In this document: piece by piece, positions 21,189 to 29,594 of the stretch
Numbering within the stretch: the stretch's first letter is position 1
Layout of the letters: each line of letters begins with the position of its first letter
Origin: Gemmatimonadota bacterium
GTDB lineage: Bacteria; Gemmatimonadota; Gemmatimonadetes; Gemmatimonadales; GWC2-71-9
DNA: 64,000 nucleotides
Assembly (NCBI GenBank): GCA_039591655.1
Contig: JBDHDE010000008.1
Coordinates: 1 to 64,000, forward strand
Direction: 5' to 3'
Made by a program: the position numbers and the translations under genes
The notes under the pieces: generated by a model
The model's input: only the letters and a program-made list of their open reading frames with translations
What the model was told of the DNA's origin: nothing
Database searches by the model: none

Positions 21189-24100
21189 TGGCCTACGCGC
21201 CTCTTGGCAGCGAGCGGTCGGATGCGTTCGAGCGGGAGGTGCTCGAGCTGTGGCGCAAGGAGGATCTCTTCCACCGCACGCTCGAGGCCACCCGCGACGG
21301 CGAGCCGTACGTGTTCTACGAGGGGCCGCCCACGGCCAACGGGCGACCCGGGATACACCACGTCTTCGCCCGGACCATCAAGGACCTGGTGTGCCGCTAC
21401 CACACGATGCTGGGGCGGGCGGTCACTCGTATCGCGGGGTGGGACACTCATGGCCTGCCGGTGGAGATCGAAGTCGAGAAGGCGCTCAACCTCAGTGGTA
21501 AGGCCGACATCGAGAAGTTCGGCGTGGCGCAGTTCAACGCCCGTTGCAAGGAGAGCGTGTTCCGCTACAAGTCCGACTGGGAGGACCTCTCGGAACGGAT
21601 CGCGTTCTGGCTCGACTACTCGCGGCCCTACGTCACCTACACCAACGAGTACATCGAGAGCGTCTGGTGGCTGCTCAAGCAGCTGCACGAGCGGGACCTC
21701 CTCTACCTGGGGCACAAGGTGCTCCCGTATTGCCCTCGGTGTGGCACGGCGCTCTCCAGCCACGAGCTGGCCCAGGGCTACGAGACCCACCGGAGTCCGT
21801 CCATCCATGTGCTGTTCCGCGTCAACGGCGAGCCGGAGCGGTATCTCCTGGTGTGGACCACGACGCCGTGGACCCTGCCCTCGAACGTGGCGGTGGCGGT
21901 GCATCCGGACTTCCGCTACGTGGAGCACGAGGTCGACGGCCGCCGGATCATCGCCGAGAAGGTGATCGCGGAGACCCGGGTGATCCCCGGTGCCACGGGC
22001 GGTGAGCCGCTGGCGGCGTTTCCCCGGATCGCCGAGCACCGGGGCCGCGACCTGATCGGGCTTACCTACGAGCCGTTGCTGGACGCCGTGCCCGTCGAGG
22101 GGGACGGCGGCTTTCGCGTGGTGCCCGGCGATTTCGTTACCAACGAGGAGGGCACCGGACTGGTGCACCTGGCGCCGGCGTTCGGCGCCGATGACTACGC
22201 GGCCGGCCGGAAAGAGGGGCTCCCCTTCGTGAATCCGGTGGACGAATCGGGTCGGTTCGCAGCCACGGAGTGGGACGAGATCAACGGCAAGACGGTGTTC
22301 GAGGCCAACCCCGTCATCGCCGACCGCCTGGTGCAGGAAGGGAAGGTGTTCGGTCGCTACCAGCCCGAGGGGTACGAGCACAGCTACCCGTTCTGCTGGC
22401 GGTGCGACTCGCCGCTGATCTACTACGCGCGGGAGTCGTGGTTCGTGCGCACGACGGCGTTCAAGGATCGCATGATCGCCGTCAATCACGACGTCGCGTG
22501 GTACCCGCCGGAGGTGGGCGAAGGGCGTTTTGGCGAGTGGCTGGAGAACAACGTCGACTGGGCGCTGTCCCGCGATCGGTACTGGGGCACGCCGCTTCCG
22601 GTGTGGACCTGCGATCGGGATGCGGCCCACCGTGCGGTCATCGGCGCCTACCGGGAGCTCGAGGAACACCGGGGCACGCCGCTACCAGATGATTTCGATC
22701 CCCATAAGCCGTACATCGACGAGTACACGTTCACCTGTCGGGAGACGGGCTGCGGGGGGACGATGCGCCGCGTCTCCGCGACGATCGACGCGTGGTTCGA
22801 CTCCGGGGCAATGCCGTACGCCCAGTGGCACTACCCCTTCGAGAATGCCGAGGAGTTCGAGCGTCACTTCCCGGCCGACTTCATCTGCGAGGGCCTCGAT
22901 CAGACGCGTGGCTGGTTCTACTCGCTGCTGGCCATCGCCGTGGGAGTCTCCGACAGCCCGGCCTACCGCCACTGCGTCGTGAACGGGCTCGTGCTCGATG
23001 CCGAGGGGCGCAAGATGTCCAAGCGCGTCGGCAACGTGACGGATCCGTGGGAGGCCGTGCGCGAGTGCGGGGCCGACGCGGTGCGGCTCTACCTCCTCGC
23101 CTCGAGCCAGGTTTGGCTGCCCAAGCGGTTCGATCCGGAGGCGATCCGGGAGGTGGCGACCGGATTCCTCAACCGACTGCGCAATACCTACGGCTTCTTC
23201 GCACTGTATGCCGAAGATTGGACCGTGGAGCAGGCTCCGCCGCTCGAGCAGCGGCCGCCGGTGGATCGCTGGCTCGTGAGCCGGCTGGACGCGGTGACCG
23301 CCGCGGTGCGCGGCGCCTGGTCGGGGTACGATGTCACCGCCGGGACCAGGGTAATCGTGGACTTCTGCGACAACGAGCTGTCCAACTGGTACGTGAGGGT
23401 GAACCGCGGCCGCTTCTGGGCCCCCGGCACTACGGCGGATCCGGCGGCGCTGGCCACCTTGCATGAGGCGCTGGTGACGGTGTGCCGCCTGCTGGCGCCG
23501 GCGGCGCCCTTTGCGAGCGACGCCATCCATCGCCGGCTGACGGGCGAGTCGGTGCATCTCGCCTCGTTTCCCGAGGCTCGCGGTCACGCCGATCCCGACC
23601 TCGACGGGGCCATGGACGCGGTGCGCCGGCTTGCGTCGCTGGGCCGGGCGGCGCGGGAGGGCGCGGGCTTGCGGGTGCGGCAGCCCCTCGCCCGGCTGCG
23701 GGTCGCGGTGCCCGCCGGTGTGCGGGGGGTGGGGTTCGAGGCGTTCCTGGACGTGCTGCGGCGCGAGCTGAACGTCAAGCAGATCGACGTCGTCCAGTCC
23801 GATGAGGAGCTGGTGCGGCTGCGGGCCAAGCCGAACTTCCGGGCGCTGGGCAAGGTGTACGGCAAGGACACGCCGCGGGCCGCCGAGGCGGCACGGCGGC
23901 TGTCCCGAGAGCAGCTGCTCCAGCTCGAGGGAGGCGCCGCGGCGTCCGTCACAGTCGAGGGGAAGAGCTTCGAGTATCGTCCCGCGGACGTCGTGGTGGA
24001 GCGGGAGGTCGTCACCGACTGGCCGGTGCAGAGCGAGGGCCCCCTGGTGGTGGCGCTCGATCCCGAGCTGACCGCGGAGCTGAGGCACGAGGGGCTGGCC

Positions 24101-24364
24101 CGCGAGGTGGTGAATCGGGTCCAGAGACTACGCAAAGAGGCGGGGTACGATTACAATACGCGGATCGCCCTGAGCCTCTCCGGGGCCGAGGAGGTCCTGG
24201 AGGCCGCCGGCGCCCATCGCCAATTCGTCGCCGGCGAGACCCTGGCCCGGAGGTTCGAGACCGGGGCGGAGCTGGCCGACCCGGACGTGAAGGAAACGGT
24301 GAGCATTGACGGCCGGCCCGTCGTGATCGCCCTCAGGCGGTTCGACGGATCCGGTGGGTCGTAA
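21188..24364 (+). CDS. ileS: Isoleucyl-tRNA synthetase, type 2
   Basis: EGPPTANG, GIHH signature, GWDTHGLP, WTTTPWTLP, GTGLVHLAP, CWRC, KMSKR; type 2 C-terminus (EGLAREVVNRVQ). Confidence 0.97.
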   Translation: MAYAPLGSERSDAFEREVLELWRKEDLFHRTLEATRDGEPYVFYEGPPTANGRPGIHHVFARTIKDLVCRYHTMLGRAVTRIAGWDTHGLPVEIEVEKALNLSGKADIEKFGVAQFNARCKESVFRYKSDWEDLSERIAFWLDYSRPYVTYTNEYIESVWWLLKQLHERDLLYLGHKVLPYCPRCGTALSSHELAQGYETHRSPSIHVLFRVNGEPERYLLVWTTTPWTLPSNVAVAVHPDFRYVEHEVDGRRIIAEKVIAETRVIPGATGGEPLAAFPRIAEHRGRDLIGLTYEPLLDAVPVEGDGGFRVVPGDFVTNEEGTGLVHLAPAFGADDYAAGRKEGLPFVNPVDESGRFAATEWDEINGKTVFEANPVIADRLVQEGKVFGRYQPEGYEHSYPFCWRCDSPLIYYARESWFVRTTAFKDRMIAVNHDVAWYPPEVGEGRFGEWLENNVDWALSRDRYWGTPLPVWTCDRDAAHRAVIGAYRELEEHRGTPLPDDFDPHKPYIDEYTFTCRETGCGGTMRRVSATIDAWFDSGAMPYAQWHYPFENAEEFERHFPADFICEGLDQTRGWFYSLLAIAVGVSDSPAYRHCVVNGLVLDAEGRKMSKRVGNVTDPWEAVRECGADAVRLYLLASSQVWLPKRFDPEAIREVATGFLNRLRNTYGFFALYAEDWTVEQAPPLEQRPPVDRWLVSRLDAVTAAVRGAWSGYDVTAGTRVIVDFCDNELSNWYVRVNRGRFWAPGTTADPAALATLHEALVTVCRLLAPAAPFASDAIHRRLTGESVHLASFPEARGHADPDLDGAMDAVRRLASLGRAAREGAGLRVRQPLARLRVAVPAGVRGVGFEAFLDVLRRELNVKQIDVVQSDEELVRLRAKPNFRALGKVYGKDTPRAAEAARRLSREQLLQLEGGAAASVTVEGKSFEYRPADVVVEREVVTDWPVQSEGPLVVALDPELTAELRHEGLAREVVNRVQRLRKEAGYDYNTRIALSLSGAEEVLEAAGAHRQFVAGETLARRFETGAELADPDVKETVSIDGRPVVIALRRFDGSGGS

Positions 24365-24399
24365 CGGGAATTCGGAGTGATTGGCAGGAACGTGGAGTC

Positions 24400-24783
24400 A
24401 TGAACAAGAAGAAACTGGCCCATCTCGAGAAGCGCCTCCTTGAAGAGCGCGGTCGCGTGATGAAGGAGCTCGGCAACTACGACGAGCAGTTCAGCGGCAC
24501 GCTCCAGAGCTCGGACGGCGACCTCTCGTCGTATTCCTTTCACATGGCGGACCAGGGCACGGACGCCATGGAGCGGGAAAAGCAGTTCCTCTTCGCATCC
24601 AAGGAAGGCCGCTATCTGTGGCACGTGAACGAGGCGTTGCGGCGGCTGTACTTCGCGCCCGAGAAGTTCGGGATGTGCCACGAGTGCGGTGAGGAGATCA
24701 GCTTCGAGCGGCTCGATGCGCTGCCCCACGCCCGGCTGTGCATCAAGTGCAAGGCCAAAGAGGAAGATGGGAAGCGGGCTTAG
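24400..24783 (+). CDS. TraR/DksA C4 zinc-finger protein
   Basis: Coiled coil with HMAD tip; CHEC...ERLDALP...CIKC. Confidence 0.88.
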   Translation: MNKKKLAHLEKRLLEERGRVMKELGNYDEQFSGTLQSSDGDLSSYSFHMADQGTDAMEREKQFLFASKEGRYLWHVNEALRRLYFAPEKFGMCHECGEEISFERLDALPHARLCIKCKAKEEDGKRA

Positions 24784-25285
24784 ACTCCCGCTGTTCTGGG
24801 GGGTCGGGCTCGGCGTCGTGGCGCTCGACCTGATCACCAAACGCCTCGCCGTCGCCACCCTCGCCCACGCGCCCGTCCCGATCCTCGGCGACTGGCTCAC
24901 GCTCCGACTCGTTTTCAATCCTGGCGCGGCATTCGGGATTCACGTCGGCGAGTACTCGCGTTGGGTGTTCATGGTGCTCGCCCTCGTAGCACTGATCGTG
25001 CTCGGCTCGATGGCGCGCCATACGCGGCCCACACAGTGGCTCCGGCTCGTGGCGCTGGGCCTCGTGTGTGGCGGCGCCGTCGGCAACCTGCTGGATCGCG
25101 TCCGCAGCTCCCGCGGCGTCGTGGACTTCATCGACGTGTGGATCGGTCCCTTCCATTGGCCCACCTTCAACGTCGCCGACATGGCCGTGACCTGCGGGGC
25201 CGTAGTGCTGGCGGCCGTGCTGTGGCAGGAAGGTCGGCGCGGCAATGAGCGCCCCGCCGAGCAGGCCGGCCCCGCCGAGGCCTGA
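24767..25285 (+). CDS. lspA: Lipoprotein signal peptidase II
   Basis: DLITK, NPGAAFG, GNLLDR, VVDFI, FNVAD. Confidence 0.95.
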   Translation: MGSGLRLPLFWGVGLGVVALDLITKRLAVATLAHAPVPILGDWLTLRLVFNPGAAFGIHVGEYSRWVFMVLALVALIVLGSMARHTRPTQWLRLVALGLVCGGAVGNLLDRVRSSRGVVDFIDVWIGPFHWPTFNVADMAVTCGAVVLAAVLWQEGRRGNERPAEQAGPAEA

Positions 25286-26285
25286 GCGTCGTCGCACCGT
25301 CGCTTTCCAGGTCGCCGTTCCCTCTACGGAACGGCTCGACCGCTTCCTCGCCGACCAACTCGCACTCTCCCGGACCCAGGCCGGACGGCTGATCGCCGCA
25401 GGGGCGGTCACCGTCAACGGTGAGCCAGCCCGGGCATCCCGCCCGCTGCAGCGGGGTGACGAGGTGTGCGTCACCCTGCCCGAGGCCGCTGCGCCGCGGC
25501 AGCTCACCCCCTACGCGCACCCGCTCTCGGCGGTCTACGAGGACGAGCATCTCATGGTCCTCGACAAGCCGGCCGGGCTGGTGGTCCATCCGGCGCCGGG
25601 GCACTGGGAAGACACGCTGCTGAACGCCCTCGTGGCCCGCGGGACTCCGCTCTCGGGCGGGCAAGCGGGCCGTCCGGGGATCGTGCACCGGCTGGACAAG
25701 GACACCTCGGGCCTGATCATCGTGGCCAAGACCGATGAGGCCCACCGCACCCTCGCCCGGGCCCTGGGGCGGCGCAAGGTGGAGCGCATCTACGCGGCCC
25801 TCGTCTGGGGTCACGTGGATACGTCGCTGGAGATCGATGCGCCCGTGGCCCGGCATCCCCGGGATCGCAAGCGGATGGCGGTGCTGGCCGGGGGGCGTCC
25901 GGCGCGGAGCCGGGTCGAGCAGGTGGCCCGGTTCGACACCTGCGACCTGGTGCGGGTGCGGCTGGAGACCGGCCGGACCCATCAGGTGCGCGTCCACCTG
26001 GCACACGTGGGGCACCCCGTGGTGGGGGACCCGGTCTACGGCGGTGGCGGGGCCCGGCGCGCCACCGGGGCGCAGCACGCGCGGGCGCAGGCGGTGGAGC
26101 AGGCGACACCGCGCCAGGCGTTGCACGCAGCGGAGCTCCGATTTGCCCATCCGGCGAGTGGGGATCCTCGGGAGTTCCGCTCCGAGTGGCCGGCCGACCT
26201 CCGGCCGGCGCTGGCTGCGGCGCACGACGATTCGAGTCTGCTTGCTCGGCCTAACTCCTTGGACTATCTTGGCTTCTTCAAATAA
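25245..26285 (+). CDS. rluD: RluA/RluD-family pseudouridine synthase
   Basis: S4 domain (RLDRFLA), KPAGLVVHP, HRLDKDTSG, TGRTHQVR, QALHA. Confidence 0.92.
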   Translation: MSAPPSRPAPPRPERRRTVAFQVAVPSTERLDRFLADQLALSRTQAGRLIAAGAVTVNGEPARASRPLQRGDEVCVTLPEAAAPRQLTPYAHPLSAVYEDEHLMVLDKPAGLVVHPAPGHWEDTLLNALVARGTPLSGGQAGRPGIVHRLDKDTSGLIIVAKTDEAHRTLARALGRRKVERIYAALVWGHVDTSLEIDAPVARHPRDRKRMAVLAGGRPARSRVEQVARFDTCDLVRVRLETGRTHQVRVHLAHVGHPVVGDPVYGGGGARRATGAQHARAQAVEQATPRQALHAAELRFAHPASGDPREFRSEWPADLRPALAAAHDDSSLLARPNSLDYLGFFK

Positions 26286-26286
26286 G

Positions 26287-26721
26287 ATGGCCGACCTGGC
26301 GGGCGTTCGAGTCCTGGTCTTTCGAGTGGCGGATCGGCTGTGGGGGGCCGAGGTCGCGGCTGTCCGCGAGATTCTGCCACCGCAGGAGGCGACCCGGATC
26401 CCCGGCGCGACCGGCGCAGTGGCCGGGCTCATCAATGTGCGGGGGGAGTTGGTGCCGCTGGTGGACGGACGGCGTGCGCTAGGTCACACCCCGTCCGAGG
26501 ACCACGGCACCATTGTCTTAGTGGAAGTTGGCGAGCGGGCGGCCGGGTTCACCGTGGACGAGGTGATCGATCTCCTGACCGTCTCCGGGGATGACCTGTC
26601 GGACCGCGACGAGCTGCCGGGTGTGGACCCCCGGCTGGTGCGTGCGGTGGGACGGCGGGGAGACGAATCCTTCGTCTTTCTTGACCTCGACGCCCTGCTC
26701 GCCCCGATACTCAGCACGTAG
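26287..26721 (+). CDS. cheW: CheW coupling protein (copy 1)
   Basis: VREIL...TRIPG....GLINVRGELVPLVD, GFTVDEV. Confidence 0.9.
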   Translation: MADLAGVRVLVFRVADRLWGAEVAAVREILPPQEATRIPGATGAVAGLINVRGELVPLVDGRRALGHTPSEDHGTIVLVEVGERAAGFTVDEVIDLLTVSGDDLSDRDELPGVDPRLVRAVGRRGDESFVFLDLDALLAPILST

Positions 26722-26730
26722 GGAGGGTGT

Positions 26731-27093
26731 GTGAGCCAGACGGTGCTCGTGTGTGACGATGCGATCTTCATGCGCACGATGATCAGTGACATCCTCACGC
26801 AGGCCGGGTTCGAGGTGGTCGGTGAGGCGGAGACCGGCAAGCAGGCGGTGGAGAAGTACCAGCAGCTCAAGCCGGACCTGGTGACAATGGACATCGTCAT
26901 GCCGGACATGGGTGGCATCGATGCCGTGCGCGAGATCGTCAAGACCGATCCCGACGCCCGCGTCCTCATGTGCAGCGCCATGGGCCAGCAGGCGCTGGTG
27001 GTCGAGGCCATCCAGGCAGGCGCGAAGGACTTCGTCGTCAAGCCGTTTCAACCTTCTCGCGTCCTGGAAGCGGTGCAACGGGTTCTTGGCTAG
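26731..27093 (+). CDS. cheY: CheY response regulator (Bacillus/Thermotoga-like)
   Basis: DDAIFMR, TMDIVMP, MCSAMGQQ, KPF. Confidence 0.95.
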   Translation: MSQTVLVCDDAIFMRTMISDILTQAGFEVVGEAETGKQAVEKYQQLKPDLVTMDIVMPDMGGIDAVREIVKTDPDARVLMCSAMGQQALVVEAIQAGAKDFVVKPFQPSRVLEAVQRVLG

Positions 27094-27095
27094 GC

Positions 27096-28958
27096 ATGGA
27101 TCTCTCGCAATATGCGGAGCTCTTCCTCGCCGAAAGCCGAGAACATCTCAGCTCCATCAACCAGCTTCTGCTGGAATGGGAGCGGGACCCCGGGGCGAGC
27201 GAGCCGGTGGCAGGGATCTTCCGGGCCATGCACACCATCAAGGGCATGGCTGCGACGATGGGGTACGCCAGCGTGGCGGACCTGGCGCATCGCGCCGAGA
27301 ACCTGCTCGATCTGCTGCGCCGCGGCGAGCGCGCCCCCTCCGACGAGATCCTCGAACTTCTCTTCCGCAGCGCTGATTCCCTCGATCGAGCGATAGAAGC
27401 CTCCGTCGGCGGCCGCGAGGCCGACGTCGACCTCACCGAAATCCAGCAGGCCATCGGCCGGGTGACGCAGGCGCCCGAGCCCGCCGCCGAGCGCCCGGCG
27501 GCGAAGCGACCCTCGGCTCCCGCCATCCCAGCGCCGGCCAGGGGCGGTCGCCCGATCCGGATCGTCCTCCGCCCTGAGACGCCGCTCAAGGGCGCGCGGG
27601 CGCTCATCATCCTGCGGCGGCTCGAGAGTCTCGGGCGGGTGCACTCGGTGGAGCCTCCGTTGGTGGCGTTCGAGGGCGAGGAGTTCGCCGGGGATTTCGC
27701 GTTCCGCTTCGATGGCAAGCCGTCGGACGAGGACCTGGAGCGGGAGATCCGGACGGCGGGGGATGTGGAGCGCCTGGAGATGGGCCATCCCGAGGGGCCG
27801 GGACCCGAGGGGGCGAGCGGACGGGCGCGCCACATACGGGTGGATCTGCGGCGGCTCGACGCGCTCATGAACCTCATCGGCGAGCTGCTCACCGCCCGCG
27901 GCCGGCTGTCGGATCTCAGCGCCCGGCGCGACGACCCGGACCTGGAGGAGTTGGCGATCAGGGTCTCCCAGCTCTCGGGCGAGCTCCAGGCCGAGATCGT
28001 GCAGGCACGCATGACTCCGGTCTGGCAGGTCTTCGACCGGTTCCCCCGGCTGGTGCGCGATCTTTCCCGCCGGCTCGACAAGCAGGTGGCCTTCCGGATC
28101 GAGGGCAAGGAGATCGAGCTGGACAGGGCGATTCTCGACGACATCGGCGACCCCCTCGTCCATCTGTTGCGCAACGCGGTAGATCACGGCATCGAGGCCC
28201 CGGAGGAGCGCGAGGCGGCCGGCAAGCCGCCCCAGGGCACCATCGAGCTCAGCGCGATGCGCGAGCGTGCCACCGTGGCCGTCCGCGTGCGGGACGACGG
28301 GCGAGGTATCGACCGGAAGCGGATCCTGGAGCAGGCCAAGGAAATGGGGCTCGTCGATGCGGACGTAGACGAGCTGTCCGGCGAGGTGCTGATCCGCGTG
28401 CTGGGCCGCTCCGGCATCAGCACTGCCACGGAGGTCTCCGATGTGTCGGGCCGCGGGGTGGGCATCAACGCCGTCGCCCACACCGTGCGCTCCCTGGGCG
28501 GCGTCCTGGCGGTGGAGAGCGTCGTCGGCGAGGGAACGACCTTCACGCTGAGGCTGCCGACCACACTGGCCATCGTTCCGGCGCTCATCACCCGAGTCGG
28601 GGAGGAGCGCTACGCCCTGCCCGTCACGCACGTGGCCGAGACACTGGATCTCGATGCCCAGGCGGTCACGCGGGTGAACGAGCGGGATGCCATGACGTTG
28701 CGCGACCAGGTCGTACCGCTCGTGCACCTGCGCCGGATGCTCGAGATCCCGGGGGACGTTCCGCCTAGGAGCCCCGTCATCGTGCTCCAGATGGGCGAGC
28801 GGCGCTCGGGCCTGGTGGTCGATCGACTGCTGGGTCGGCAGGAGATCGTTGTGAAGGCGTTTGCCCCGCCGCGGGGGATGCTTCCCATCTTCAGCGGCGC
28901 CACGATCCTCGGTGAGGGGCAGCCCGTCCTGATTCTGGACGCCGGAGGCCTGGTTTAG
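27096..28958 (+). CDS. cheA: Chemotaxis histidine kinase CheA (P1-P5)
   Basis: FRAMHTIKG (Hpt His), P2 (LKGARA), LDALMNLIGEL, HLLRNAVDHG, DDGRG, SGRGVG, C-terminal CheW-like P5. Confidence 0.96.
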   Translation: MDLSQYAELFLAESREHLSSINQLLLEWERDPGASEPVAGIFRAMHTIKGMAATMGYASVADLAHRAENLLDLLRRGERAPSDEILELLFRSADSLDRAIEASVGGREADVDLTEIQQAIGRVTQAPEPAAERPAAKRPSAPAIPAPARGGRPIRIVLRPETPLKGARALIILRRLESLGRVHSVEPPLVAFEGEEFAGDFAFRFDGKPSDEDLEREIRTAGDVERLEMGHPEGPGPEGASGRARHIRVDLRRLDALMNLIGELLTARGRLSDLSARRDDPDLEELAIRVSQLSGELQAEIVQARMTPVWQVFDRFPRLVRDLSRRLDKQVAFRIEGKEIELDRAILDDIGDPLVHLLRNAVDHGIEAPEEREAAGKPPQGTIELSAMRERATVAVRVRDDGRGIDRKRILEQAKEMGLVDADVDELSGEVLIRVLGRSGISTATEVSDVSGRGVGINAVAHTVRSLGGVLAVESVVGEGTTFTLRLPTTLAIVPALITRVGEERYALPVTHVAETLDLDAQAVTRVNERDAMTLRDQVVPLVHLRRMLEIPGDVPPRSPVIVLQMGERRSGLVVDRLLGRQEIVVKAFAPPRGMLPIFSGATILGEGQPVLILDAGGLV

Positions 28959-28969
28959 GAGGCGGTAGC

Positions 28970-29590
28970 ATGGATGACTTGAGCGAACTGAAAGCGCTGC
29001 AGTTGGACGCCCTGAGAGAGGTGGCGAACATCGGTGCGGGGCACGCGGCGACCGCCCTCTCCCAGCTCACCGAGCGACGCATCATGATCAGCGTTCCGGA
29101 GCTCTTCGTGGCCCGGCTGGAGGAGGTTCCGGAGACGCTGGGCGACCAGGAAGAGATCGTCGCCGCCGTACTGATGCACATGCTGGGAGACCTGACGGGG
29201 CGGATGCTGCTCACGCTGCCGGAGCCCAATGCAAAGCTGCTCTGCGACCTGCTGCTGCGGCGGGAACCCGGCACCACGGCCGAGTTCGGCCAGATCGAGC
29301 AGTCGAGCATCAAGGAGGCCGGCAACATCCTGGGCGGCGCGTACATGAATGCGCTCTCCGACTTCATGGGCATGATGCTGCTGCCGTCGGTGCCGAGCCT
29401 GGCCATCGATCACTCGAGCGCGGTCGTGACCACCGCGCAGCTCAGCTTCGGCCGCGACAAGGACGTGGCGTTCTGCGTCGAGACGAACTTCCACTTCCAG
29501 GAGGCCGACCGCACGCTGCGGGGTCACTTCCTCTTGCTCCCCGACCTGGCGTCTCTCAAGACCATTTTCGACGCCATACGCGTCTCCTGA
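28970..29590 (+). CDS. cheC: CheC phosphatase
   Basis: Two active-site motifs: DALREVANIG and SSIKEAGNI. Confidence 0.93.
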   Translation: MDDLSELKALQLDALREVANIGAGHAATALSQLTERRIMISVPELFVARLEEVPETLGDQEEIVAAVLMHMLGDLTGRMLLTLPEPNAKLLCDLLLRREPGTTAEFGQIEQSSIKEAGNILGGAYMNALSDFMGMMLLPSVPSLAIDHSSAVVTTAQLSFGRDKDVAFCVETNFHFQEADRTLRGHFLLLPDLASLKTIFDAIRVS

Positions 29591-29594
29591 TCCC

